Positions 50,128 through 62,459 of a stretch of 64,000 nt of DNA are shown in pieces. The notes beneath the pieces are model-generated. The model worked only from the letters and a program-made list of their open reading frames with translations, was not told the DNA's origin and did no database searches. Positions within the stretch are counted from its first letter, which is position 1. The number at the start of each line of letters is the position of its first letter. A program made the position numbers and the translations under genes. Origin of the DNA: Octopus vulgaris (Eukaryota); the NCBI GenBank assembly GCA_951406725.2, contig OX597829.1, positions 22,134,001-22,198,000 on the forward strand. The letters are read 5' to 3'.

Positions 50128-50430
50128 TCATCATCACCATCATTAAATAATGTCCATTGTCCATGATGGCTTGGGTTTGACAGTTTGACTAGAGCTGACA
50201 AGATGGTGATCTGCATCAGACTCCAGTCTGATTTGGCATGGTTTCTACAGCTTGATGCCCTTCCTAATGCCAACCACTTTACAGTGTGCTAGGTGCTTTT
50301 ATGTGGCACTGCTTTCATGTAGCAGCACAACAAGTGCTTTACCCTATCAAAGGGACCAGTCTTAATACTTCTGCTGCAGTGTATGCGTCTTCTTGAGTAC
50401 AGCAAGGCACCAGGAATCTAAGTCCTCATA
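50128..50430 (-). mobile_element. Family C copy
   Basis: TTTCTACAGCTTGATGCCCTTCCTAATGCC block and (CAT)n tail. Confidence 0.75.
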
Positions 50431-51174
50431 CATACAAAACGTTACACAAGTATGCTTTCGTCATTTCTCTTCAGCTTTTGCACATCTTCTGTATTTAGTG
50501 TCCACTGTCTCACTACCATGTGGTATTGCACTTTGCTTGCAAGTAACATAAAATCTACCCTTTGCTTGAAGTGAGAACCTTAGTGTTACCAGCCAGAGAC
50601 AATATAGCTCACAGAACTCTTCCCACCCCTGTTCTTATTCTGGATACTATGGCCTCAGCAAATCTATCTTCTCCACAATTTACTTGGTTACCCTGGAAAC
50701 AGAAACTATCAACAACTATGGAACCTTACAAACATAAAGGGAAAAAAAAACCCTTTTTCTTTTTTTTTTTGCCAGATTCTCCTGTAATATTAAACAATGA
50801 CATGGTAATTAAATGATGTGTATGATAAGAATCAAAGATGAAACTGGATGTCTATAAGTTTGCATGATCCCTAGCATAATAAAATGTGGGAAATGCGTGA
50901 CTGGGCAGGATGGATTACAGGCATAAGCCTTTTGCTGTGGAACTTTTAAACAGATGTTAATGTATCTTGTTTGTACATAAAAGAATTAAGGAGATTGCCC
51001 TGGAATGTTTTACTTTCGCTTTTCATCAAAGTACAAGTACCTCTCATCATTCTTCACACTAAGAAAACTTGTAGCAGACAGAATTTAGCTTTCATATCTA
51101 ATTTGCATACAGTGTGTTCATTGGCAACATGGCTAAGCATGTATGTGTTGTATGTGTGTATGTATAGATATTGC

Positions 51175-51470
51175 TTGAACCTTCAATACCGGCATTGTAG
51201 AGATACCTCAATGGTGTATTGTACACCTCTCCTCTCCATCACGTATCTGCTAATGATTTTTGCTTGTCCATTCAAATTTTTTTTCTCTGTCCCCTTCTGT
51301 TCTGAGATGACTGGTCTTTGCAAGGCCACTGGATCTTCGTACATGGCCATATTATCCTTCTTAGCTTTCTTTTCATTGCCATTCTGAGAAGATTTTCATG
51401 GGGGTTCAATGCGATTCTTGATGTTTCATGAACCTGTTTCGTTTTTGATAGGGTTCGTGAGCTAAATACT
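51175..51470 (-). mobile_element. RTE LINE 3' fragment
   Basis: Minus strand reads HENLLRMAMKRKLR-(frameshift)-YGHVRRSSGLAKT...EWT, typical of an RTE C-terminus. Confidence 0.7.
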
Positions 51471-52354
51471 CAAGTTGCAATTACTCTCATTTCTAGTGTG
51501 TGTGTGTGTGCGTGCGCGCAATATATATATATATATATATACGATAGTGGCAATTCCTGATTCTTTGGTTGCCAGTTTAAACATTTCACTATATATAATT
51601 CTTGTTCCTGACATTTCTGGCTGTAGTTGACACTCAGGAGTGAAGTGGGTCCTCCACAGTTACTTTCAGTCACCACATTTCGTCGACATTGCCTGTAACG
51701 GATACTTTTTTTTCATATTATTTCACGTAATCATTTTATGTATTCACACACACACACACACACCATACACTTCTTCCACTGAGATAGGCTTCTTGGAATT
51801 TAACGGTTGCATTAATTAGTACAAGGGAGTGAGGGAGGCTTTTAAAATTAATGCGGCTGATAACCACTCGGCATGTTGAAATACGTTAGTACCTACGTTG
51901 TAGAACGTAGTTTATGAACGTTAAAATCTATAGTAAAAAAAACAGCCGCAGTATATTATATTGACTGAAGCTTGGAAGAGTAAGTGTATTAGAAACAAAA
52001 TAAAATATACATTTTATGAATGACTGGATAACCAAACACTCGAAGAGGCAGTGTCAAAGGAGATAACTCTTATAAGTTATTGTGAAATAGTTATGTCCCT
52101 TGACCTTTTACTTTCCAACTCTTTTTCTTCGTGTTTCTTAAGTCTTATTTCCGTGACTGTAAAAAAAAAAATAATAATTAAAAAATCGAGTACATGACTC
52201 GTTGTTTTTAAAATAGAATAAATAATATTCTATTTTATCGAAACGTTGCAGTATATTAAAATAGAGAAATAAAGTAACCCAAACTGGAAATAAAATACTT
52301 AGTTTTTACGCACACACACTCCACACACAAGTATGTATGTACGGACATGCCGCT

Positions 52355-52397
<43 letters not shown>

Positions 52398-52892
52398 TTA
52401 TGTACATGCTGCTGAGCCTGGATACTACACTGAAAAAATAGCCCCTCAGTTTCATAAATCTGAAATTATATCAATGGGTCCATGAGTTTTGGGGACCTAC
52501 TGCTACCGGGACTACATCCCTTAAAATAAAACTGCTTGTGATATACAGCATGCCTTGGACATATAAATCTGTCTGACCACATCCATCTCAGAATCTATCC
52601 ACAGCTGATTTCTTTGTAAAAGATAGTGTGTGTAGGGGTGGATATCATTTCTTATTTTATTTATCAGTTCCAAAATGGTGAAAGGCCAAATTGAATGCAG
52701 CTGGATTTGAACTTGGAGTGCAGATGACAAAATGACAACTGTAAGACAATTTATCCAATGCTCTAACAGCTCTGCCAAATCACCTTTCAGCATTACTTGG
52801 CAGGCTTACAAAGAGTAAGTCCTGGAGTCAATTTGTTCAAGTAAATGCAGTGCTCCAGCATGGCTGCAGTCAAATGACTGAAACAAATAAAA

Positions 52893-52938
<46 letters not shown>

Positions 52939-52940
<2 letters not shown>

Positions 52941-53195
52941 CCTTGTGAGTGGATTTGGTAGACGGAAACTGAAAGAAGCCCGTTGTATATATGTATTTGT
53001 GTGTCTGTGTTTGTCCCCCTAGCATTGCTTGACAACCGATGCTGGTGTGTTTATGTCCCCGTTACTTAGCGGTTCGGCAAAAGAGGCTGATAGAATAAGT
53101 ACTGGGCTTACAAAGAATAAGTCCCGGGGTCGAGTTGCTCGATTAAAGGTGGTGCTCCAGCATGGCCACAGTCAAATGACTGTAACAAGTAAAAG

Positions 53196-53196
<1 letters not shown>
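52939..53196 (+). mobile_element. SINE family A, 5'-truncated, between TA tracts
   Basis: Near-identical to the 3' two-thirds of 19732-20143; another 3' fragment precedes it at 52797-52895. Confidence 0.88.
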
Positions 53197-53230
<34 letters not shown>

Positions 53231-53250
53231 AGTCAAGGTGTAACTAAGTC

Positions 53251-53566
53251 ATTACATAGTTTTCCTTTATTGGAGTAAATTTGGCTTACAGCTGTTTCCA
53301 GTAGTCATTATAGGTACATTACCGATAAGCTTACTCAGTTGGTCTAGTGATGAGTTGAGAAAAATCAAACAACCTAAAAACTAATGCTATTTTCGTCAGA
53401 GCCATTTCTGGTTTCTGACAAAAGTAGGATTAATTTTTTTTAGGCCGTTCAATTTTACTAAACTGATCAATAGACCAGTTGAGTGAATCCATCAGTAACA
53501 CACCTATAATGACTACTGGAAACAGCTGTAAGCCAAATTTACTCTAATAAGGGAAAAATATGTATT
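53251..53566. mobile_element. Palindromic hammerhead-bearing element (~315 bp)
   Basis: TACATAGTTTTCCTTTATTGGAGTAAATTTGGCTTACAGCTGTTTCCAGTAGTCATTATAGGT is mirrored by ACCTATAATGACTACTGGAAACAGCTGTAAGCCAAATTTACTCTAATAAGGGAAAAATATGTA; centre near 53407. Confidence 0.92.
53283..53403 (-). ncRNA. Type I hammerhead motif with extended stem II
   Basis: Minus strand GGCT-CTGACGA-[~94 nt, ends AATAGCATTA/TAATGACTACT pair]-GAAA-CAGCTG-TA-AGCC. The plus-strand mirror (53411-53534) has CTGACAA. Confidence 0.75.
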
Positions 53567-53889
53567 GTCCATTATTTATAGCTTGTCTTACATATTACCC
53601 TGTTTAAAGACCAGTTTGTCTGGAGCCCAACCATGGATTTACAATACAGAATTGTGATGACCCTGCCATAAGAATACTTGGAGTTCTTTACCAATCTAAG
53701 CAATATTGTTAGACTGGTGTGCCAACAGAGAGCTTACGAAGTATGTTGCCCAGATTGATAATCCCTCACTATTAGCTCCTCCTACCCTCCTCATTCTCTC
53801 TTTCTCTATATATATGAGAGTGAGCGAACCTCAAGATCAATCAAATCAGCTGTTTAGCTATTTAGTTTCAGTAATGTGTGTATGCTTAT

Positions 53890-53931
<42 letters not shown>

Positions 53932-54202
53932 GGTGTTATCATAATAGATTGGTTGTTTTATTAGCATTGGTGAAAAAGAAGAGAAAATCTTTGTGGTATT
54001 TCTTGCAGCTCATTACATTCTAAATTCAAATTCTCTCTATGTCAACTTTTCCTTTTGTCCCTCAAGGGGTTTATAAAATTCCACTTAAAAGGTATTGGTC
54101 AACCTATAGCAATGGTAGAAAAACATTCCAGTTGCTGCTTTTTTATAGGTTACATCATCATCATCATCATAATAATAATAATGATAATAATAATAATAAA
54201 TA

Positions 54203-54630
54203 AGGTGGCTAAATTGCAGAATCATTAGTACACCAAGTGAAATGCTTAACAGTTTTTCGCCCATCTTTATATTCTGAGTTCAAATTCTGCTGAGGTTAAC
54301 TTTACTTTTCATCCTTTCAGGGTCAATGAAATAAGTACCAGTTATGCATTGGGGTTAATATAATCTACTAGCCCCTTCCACAAAATTTCAGGCCAAGGTT
54401 TATTATTATTATTTAACAAGGTGGTAAGCTGGCAGAATCGTTAGCATGCTGGGCAAAATGCTTTGTGGCATTTTGTTTGTCATTATATTCTGAGTTCAAC
54501 TGATGTCAACTTTGCCTTTCATCCCTTTTGGGTGGCACGGTTGATAAAATAAGTTCTAGTTGAATACTGGGGGTCAATGTAATTGATTTACCCCCTCCTC
54601 TGAAATTGCTGTGCATGTGCCAAAGTTTGA
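54203..54630 (+). mobile_element. Two tandem SINE family B copies
   Basis: AAGGTGG...GCAGAATC(A/G)TTAG...TTCTGAGTTCAA starts at ~54203 and ~54419; the first follows an (AAT)n tract and the second a short (TTA)n tract. Confidence 0.8.
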
Positions 54631-55179
54631 AATCATTATCATTATTGTTATTATTATTATTATCATTTATCTGGAACATTGCCAGATACTTGCTGCACTC
54701 TACCAGCTGGGTCATGAGGTCAGTGGAAAGTCAACTCTCACATTCAGCAGAACTTTAGTGGAGTATATGAGTGATGTTGACCTTAGACCAGTTCTAGGTT
54801 TTGATGAGATCAGTGTGGATAGTCTCTTCTGGAGGACTTTCAGGCTGAGCATTATGGACAACTTTCCAAAAGTTCTTCATCTGGTAATGGGATAAATTTT
54901 GCAGGATATTTTGGGATAAACATTGCAGGCCTGAGCTGCCAGAAATCAAACCTGTTTTGAGATGTGTACTGGGGTGATATAATTACCTTACATGCACTCA
55001 TTCAGAGTCTGTGTATTACTGATTTATGGGTTTGTATTGAGCAGCTGTTATTACATGAGGGATGGATCCAGCTGTCAGCCAAGTCTATCATGAAAGTCAT
55101 TTGACAAGTAAGAGCAGAAAGCATTAATACTTCTAAGTTAGTTACTATCATGAAAGTCTTTTGTTTGATTCTGTATATC

Positions 55180-55560
55180 ATCATATGCCTCTTTTCCATC
55201 ATACGTCTGTTTTCCATGCTGGCATGGGTTAGACAGTTTGATTGGAGATGGTAAACTGGAGAGCTGCACCAGACTCCAATTGTCTGTTTTGGCTTGGTTT
55301 CTATGGCTGGATGCCCTTCCTCATGCCAACCACTCCACACACTCTATTAGGTCTCTTTTACATGTCACTAGCATGGGTGCCTTTTACATGTCAACAGCAT
55401 GGGTGCTTTTCACATGTTAGCAGCACAGGTGCCTTTTACATGTCATTGGCATGGGTGCATTTACATGTCAGCAGCATGGAGCCCGTACAGGAGCCTTTTA
55501 TGTATCAGTGGTGCCTTTCATGCCTCACCAGAACTGGCCATGACCATGATTTCACTTAGC
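55180..55560 (-). mobile_element. Family C copy with ~28 bp internal repeats
   Basis: GGCTGGATGCCCTTCC block; TTTACATGTCA..AGCATGGGTGC repeated ~5 times at 55355-55480. Confidence 0.75.
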
Positions 55561-56884
55561 TAAGGTTTTTTTAATTAATATTTTTGATAAAAGTGGTCAT
55601 TTAAAAACAATAATAACACTTCAAAGAAAAATAATCTAAGATCAAAGGTTGACTATCTTGAATCAAACAACACAAAGGATCCTTGTTTTCTAATATTTTT
55701 ATTAGTTTCATTAGTGTGGCAAAAGATAGCTCTTGCACTCCAAGAGTGTAATGGGTGCTTTTATGTGCCACTGGAACAGGTGCCATGCAAATGGCACCAG
55801 TATCTGCCATGACTTTGATTTTACTTGGCTTGATGGGTCTTTTTCTCAAGCACAACATAATACCAAAGGTCTTGTTCATTCATCATTGCTTCCTTGAGGC
55901 CTAACACACAAAAGGTGCTTTTCACATGCCACTGGCATCGGCCACCTTGCCTCAGTTAATTTTGAAATTATGAAGGAGTTAATAAAGTAACTTTGTCATT
56001 ATTAAGTTGGTGTTTGGAACTTAACTTAACATGAATTTTGATGCAAGGCTTAATTTGGGTTACTTTGAAACAGGTAGTGCATAATATAGAACCAAGGGTG
56101 GTCTCAGGTGGGAGTTAATATCTGTAGACTGTCTGTAGACTAAATAATTACAAAAATCATTTTTATCCATTCAAGATGCCAACAATTAGACTTAATGGTT
56201 AATGTGGAAGTCTGGGTTACTCTCCTATATTTGATAAAGTGGCCATTTGAAGAAGGGTGGGGGAAAAATGCACATATTTTTACATACGCTGATCTGTAAC
56301 TTTGGAGGGAACCTGCGGAAGAGGAAGACATAGGAAAAGGTGATGAAGCATGATCTTCAAATTTTGGGCCTCATGGAGGCAACAAATGACCAAGACTTTT
56401 GGTGATATGCTGTGCTTGAGAAGACTCATCAAGCTGAGTGAAATCGGTCATGGAAAGCAGATGTTAAATGATGATGATGATGAGGGTGAACCAAAAGTCA
56501 TGCACAAAATAAGTTCAATATGCTCCAGACTTGTCAAAGACAGGCTAATTTTTCTAAAATTGAATAAAATAAAATAATGTACTTCTACATGAACAAAATA
56601 ATATGAATAAATTGTCAAAATGCGTTGGTGTGTGACTCTTGACCCACATAGCACAGTTCATTTAACTAATGGAGGAATAAGAGTTATTGGGGGTAGATAT
56701 TATCCTAATAACTTCAGATCACAATGTACATTATCAACAAAGAGAGTACAAAACTGAGGTTGCTGTACAAAACACAAATTGTCAATAGAGCTAGTTTATT
56801 GTGCAAAAAAAAATATAATACTAGTAGTGGAATCAAGAAGTAGGTTTGATGTTAGTGGGTTGCAATATTGAGAAATTTATGAGA

Positions 56885-57082
56885 GTGTCTGTATTTGTCC
56901 CTCCAACATTGTTTGAGAACCGATGCTGGTGTGTTTACATCCCCGTAACTTAGCAGTTCAGCAAGAGAGACCGATAGAATAAGTACTAGGCTTACAAAGA
57001 ATAAGTCCTGGGGTCAATTTGCTCAACTAAAAGACAGTGATCCAGCATGGCCATAGTCAAATGACTGAAACAAGGAAAAGAG
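56885..57082 (+). mobile_element. SINE family A, 3' half
   Basis: CCGATGCTGGTGTGTTTAC...ATGACTGAAACAAGG. Confidence 0.85.
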
Positions 57083-57116
<34 letters not shown>

Positions 57117-57427
57117 TCATTATAGAAATCCATACCAGTCTGGAATATGGACAATGATAGAAAAGAAATATTTTTAAAACTATGTTTTTATTGTTTCGAT
57201 GAGATTGGAGTGGAGAATGTTTAAGTTGTGAATTATTTTTTATTATTTCTGCTATTATTAAAATATTAACGATATCTCAGTACATCAGGCATGAAACTCC
57301 ATACACTTTTTCTGTGGATATGAATAAAGTACAAGTATCTGATATACAAAATTAACTCAGTTTTATTATTTTAAAAGTTAAGTTTTCAGATAGGTGTTTA
57401 TTAATTATCATATACAAATCCTAAATA

Positions 57428-57870
57428 ATCATCATCATTACCATCCTTTCATGTCTGTTTTCTGTGCTGGCATGGGTTTGATGGTTTGACTGGAGCTGGC
57501 AAGCTGGAGAGCTGCACCAAGTTCCTGTCTGATTTGGTTTGGTTTCTATGGCTGGATGCCCTTCCTAGTGCCAACCACTTTATAGTGTGTGCTGGGTGCT
57601 TTTAATGTGACATTGCATGAGCTCTCTTACACAGCACCAGTTGTGGCACTGGCGCAGGACTCATCGAGGCCGATGATCCTCACTTGGGGATACAGCCTTA
57701 ATAACACTTCTGCTGTGAAGGAGAGGTCTTCTTGAATACAGTAAGATACCAGGTACTTCATCCCATGTCTTCCTAGGTCTCCCTCTTCCATATTTTCCGT
57801 CCACTTTTAGAGATTGGCACTTCTTTATGGAGTTGTCATCATCCATCTGTATCATATGACCGAACCAATA
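57428..57870 (-). mobile_element. Family C copy joined to an RTE 3' ORF fragment
   Basis: Family C at 57428-~57750; 57756-57870 encodes MIQMDDDNSIKKCQSLKVDGKYGRGRPRKTWDEV (RTE C-terminus). Confidence 0.75.
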
Positions 57871-59316
57871 AGATTACTGTTTTTGCATTTGTTTTCTAAA
57901 ATTCCTGCTGTGAAATCAAATCAAATTAAACTTGGAACATATGAGAAGAGTACAAATTGTTGTGAAATGCACTAAGGACACATCACCATTAATAAGGTCA
58001 CAAGGTGTGACAAAAGGACTTTACTAACACAGAGTCAATTAACTAATTAATTGTCAATAAACTGAACTGAACTAGAACTTGTGTGTGTGTTTTATTGGTA
58101 GAATGACTATCCTAAAATACAAACAATAAGACTCATTTAAACTAATGCTTTAGAAATTATTCTGTGTGTGCATGTGTGTGAGTACATATGCATGTGTGCA
58201 CATTTTCATATTTGCACATGTGTATGTATGTGTATTACAAAATAAAGCAACATTAGCTTTGTCTGAGAAATCTATGATTTGCTAAATTAGAAATAACAAA
58301 CTCTATAATTAATACTCTTGCTATAGATGAATTGCTGTTGGCATGGATGATGTTTTTCAAATTGCAAATAAGCTATTTATAACAAAAATGATTACAAGAT
58401 AATTTTCTCTGATTTTGTTCTTAGGACTAGCTTCAAATAAGAACACAAAGTAGAGTATATCCTAACAAGTGAAGACCAACCGTAGACAAATATTTCATTG
58501 TATTTATAGCTTTCATTCCGTCTGATTGTTATGTTGACTATTTCTCTGAATAATTTCCATTGTAACTAATTAGTAATTTAATAGTCCTCTTATTTCTCTA
58601 CTCAAATATTAATGGTAGGAAACAAAAGAATAAATTATGTTGAATTCATTTTTGAATGACAGGTTTGCATTAAGGAATCACTGCAATTATATGGCTTTAT
58701 TATCAGTAGGCAGATATATATTGTAAATTATCAAGGTTTCTGTTCCAATTCTTGATACTACAGTTGTTGTTTGGCCCCAGATTAAAGAGCCCTATGATCA
58801 AACATTCCAGCTGTTACTATCCCTTTATTTATTATTATTATTATTTTTTTTTAAATAATGGTGCCATGTTAAAAGCACCCAACCCATTCTATAAAGTGGT
58901 TGGCATTTGGAAGGGCAACCAACTGTAGAAACCATACTAAATCAGACTAGAGCCTGGTGCAGCTCTCCAACTTGCCAGCTCTGGTCAAACCCTCCAAGCC
59001 ATGCCAACATGGTAAATAGACGTTTAAGGATAATGATGATGTTGATTAGGAGAGAAATGGTAGCCACCCGTGGCACCTTTTCAGGGTCTCTGAGACTAGT
59101 GGCAGTAAATTATCCTAAGATTGAAGAGCCTGTTTGAATGTTTCCAACAGCTGACAATAAAAATACACACAAAGATTATCGCTGGTTTCTGTAATTTAGT
59201 GCTTTGGATAGCGAAATTGCTACTTTTCTTGTTAGTAAGACCTGTCTATATCTTGACATGCTGTGATAAATTTACCAAATTTATCATTTCAGTCCTTTTG
59301 TATTTTTCTCTCTTTT

Positions 59317-59347
<31 letters not shown>

Positions 59348-59777
59348 TATATATATATATTTATTTATTTATTACTTGCTTGTTTGAGAAACAAGTGCTT
59401 CAATTAATTTTTATGCTGAATCTGAATATTATTTTCTTAGCATTCGAAAACAATTATATCCACCCCACCCCCCAACACACACACATACACCACACACACA
59501 CACACTCACACTCATGACAAATGTTTAAATCTTATGATCAAGATCCATTTAGCTGAGCCAACTACAAAATACTTTGTTATTGATTAGATTGTTTGGATGG
59601 CTGGTCCAAGGTGAACTGGGATAATGAATTTTATAGCAGATTAGCTTAGGCTTATTTGGCACCTGACAATAAAAAAAAAAAAAGAAAGCAAAAAACATAG
59701 TAGCAGCAGCAGCAGCAGTAGTAGCACCTTATTGTCCTCTGTAGCTGTAAACTAGTCTAAACAATGATACAGTAAGC

Positions 59778-59940
59778 ATGGTGGATCAGAGACGTTTTCG
59801 TTGGTATGCTTTTATACAACGGATGGAGCCTAAAAGGATGTCAAGTAAGATGGAAAGCTTTAGCAGCTGTCTTAAACCGAAGAAGAAATGGTCACAAATC
59901 GTAAGGAATGCTGCCGAACGTCGAGGGATTTCGCTGAGAA
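59778..59940 (+). mobile_element. RTE-like LINE C-terminal remnant
   Basis: QRRFRWYAFIQRMEPKRM...KPKKKW resembles the RRLRWxGHVxRM...GRPxxxW motif. Confidence 0.5.
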
Positions 59941-60477
59941 AGACACCTCATCATTTGGATTCTCCTTCAAATGGCCATAACTTGCCCAGGAAGGATGTTG
60001 ATCCGCCCTGCGAAAAGGAGCCCAGCAACAAATCCTTTCTCAATGGATCAAAGTATGTCATTTGTTTTTTTTTGTTGAAGAATTCGTAAGGATTTAATTA
60101 TTTACAAAAAGAAATGTTGAGTTGTTTTAAATATTTCAGTATATCATCATCATCATCATCATCGTTTAGCATCCGCTTTCCAAGCTAGCATGGGTTGGAT
60201 GGTTCAACAGGGATCTGGGAAGCCAGAAGGCTGCACCAAGCCCAGTCTGATCTGGCAATGTTTCTGTGGCATATATATATATATATATATATATGTTAAA
60301 ATAATTGCAAAGAAAGAAAGAAATTAACAAATATTTTAGGAATTCAAAGGTCTGAGATTTTGTACTGTTACAACTTATTGAATAACATTACTTTCATTAT
60401 ACACTTACACACACACACACACTCGTGTGTGTTTATGTGTGTGTGTATATATATAAGCTCTCCCTCTCTCTCTCTAC

Positions 60478-60517
60478 ATATATATGTATGTGTCTATGTG
60501 TATATATGTTTATATAT

Positions 60518-60564
<47 letters not shown>

Positions 60565-60767
60565 TATATATTCGTTTTGCAAGATTCTTGATATATATAT
60601 ATATATGAATATATATATATATATATATATATGAATATATGTCTATATATATATATATGAATATATGTCTATATATATGAATATATGTCTATATATATGA
60701 ATATGTATATGTATATATGTCTATATATATGAATATATATGAATATGTATATGTATATATGTCTATA

Positions 60768-60808
<41 letters not shown>

Positions 60809-60827
60809 ATATATATATGTGTATATA
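60478..60827. repeat. Complex (TA)n-based microsatellite
   Basis: (TA)n interspersed with GAATATATGTCTATATA units. Confidence 0.95.
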
Positions 60828-61621
60828 ATCTCTTGTTTCTAATTTCTTAGTTTCTCTTTCAACCATGTATCAGTTCATCAAGTTAGTATTTTCTATCCCA
60901 CTAATTATTGTTTTCCTACTATTTCTGATTAGATTAGACACTTCTTAACAAATGGTTTGCATTCATTGATACCTCAATATCATGTGTGTATTTTTTTTTC
61001 CTCAGAAAATAGTCCATTAGGTTGTATCAAAATTGTCACTGAGGCATATGCTATATGAAATTTTTATTGAAATTTTGTACATCTATGTATGTTTATATTG
61101 AAGTCAACATTCTATAAAGCACACACATTTTAATCTTGCTATTTATATCTCTTGGCAAAGAGTTTATAGCATTGATCTTTGCCTTCTCTTGTCCATCTCT
61201 CCAGGTTTTACTTAAAGACCATTATGTTCACAGAATACACCACATAAAAAAGCCTCTCTGTGTTGCATGTTTCATGCATACCCCTTGATGGCATATGATG
61301 AACAGATCTGTACATGTAATTTATGATTAATTAATCTCATTTGGGGCTAATTATTTTATGTTATTTAAATTACTTATTTTGGTTAAGGTTGGGTGATTCT
61401 GGAAATTCAGCAGTTGAGTTGCTATATATAACTGGATACTCTGGATGTATACAATTGAAATTTTCTTTCATTAACCTAATCCCTTATTCTTTACTATTAT
61501 ATTCACCATATATATATATATATATAATTTTAATCCAAACGGGAAAACAAAAAAACAACAACAGTGGAACAATTACAGTATTATTATTAATAGGCGCTCA
61601 GGAAATATGGAAGCAGATATC

Positions 61622-61665
<44 letters not shown>

Positions 61666-61929
61666 TACATACATAGATACATACATACACAGTTTATTGT
61701 TCTGTTAAGGTAAGATTAACAAAAAAATGTGCTTGCAGTTTATATTCTTTTTTCCCTACATATATTTCACTATTGCCATTATTTGCACCCTCTGTAGTGT
61801 TCCATGTGCAATTGTTAGCTCTAATCTCACTGGTACCAGATGTATATCTAGCTGTACACACAAGAAATATCTAATATATATATATATATATAGATATTGG
61901 TATCCAGAAGACCCAAGGTAGCAGGTAAT

Positions 61930-61977
61930 GTCTCTGATGAAGGAATATCCCTAATATCCCAGAAACCACTGTAAGAC
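61930..61977 (+). ncRNA. Minimal type I hammerhead motif, same family as 44747
   Basis: GTCT-CTGATGA (61934-61940)-AGGAATAT/CCCTA/ATATCCCA-GAAA-CCACTG-TA-AGAC. The downstream ~70 nt are homologous to 44795-44854, then (TA)n. Confidence 0.75.
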
Positions 61978-62249
61978 TATCTTTCTCTTTATAAATGTCC
62001 TGAAAAATCCACACAGCCTTGGCTTTGTTTGTCTCATTTTATTTAATATATATATGTATATATACAATGATGCCAATCTGTCACAAGGTTTACCCACTTA
62101 CAGTAGAATAGACTGGAATAATATGAAATGAAGTGTTTTGCTTAAGAACACAACATACCACCAGTATTAGAATCAACAGCATAACACCCTAACTTCTAGG
62201 CCACACAGCTTAACTCTCACAAATGTATATATGCACATATATATGTACA

Positions 62250-62356
62250 GGATAGGTAGGTAGACATGTAGGTAGGTTGGTAGATAGATAGACAGGCAGA
62301 CAGTGGGACAGACTGATAGATAGATAGATAGACAGACAGATAGATAGATAGACTGG

Positions 62357-62390
<34 letters not shown>

Positions 62391-62459
62391 GAGATAGATA
62401 GATAAACTGATAGATAGATAGATAGATAAACTGATAGATAGATAAATAGGTAGATAGAT
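62250..62459. repeat. (GATA/GACA)n microsatellite
   Basis: Read directly from the sequence. Confidence 0.95.

Noticed and set aside
50443-50482. Minus-strand hammerhead-like string TGCAAAAG-CTGAAGA-GAAATGAC-GAAA-GCA-TA-CTTGTGTA
   Set aside because: Stems II and III have one pair each, and the segment is part of a decayed RTE coding fragment (HGSET region), so it is probably coincidental.
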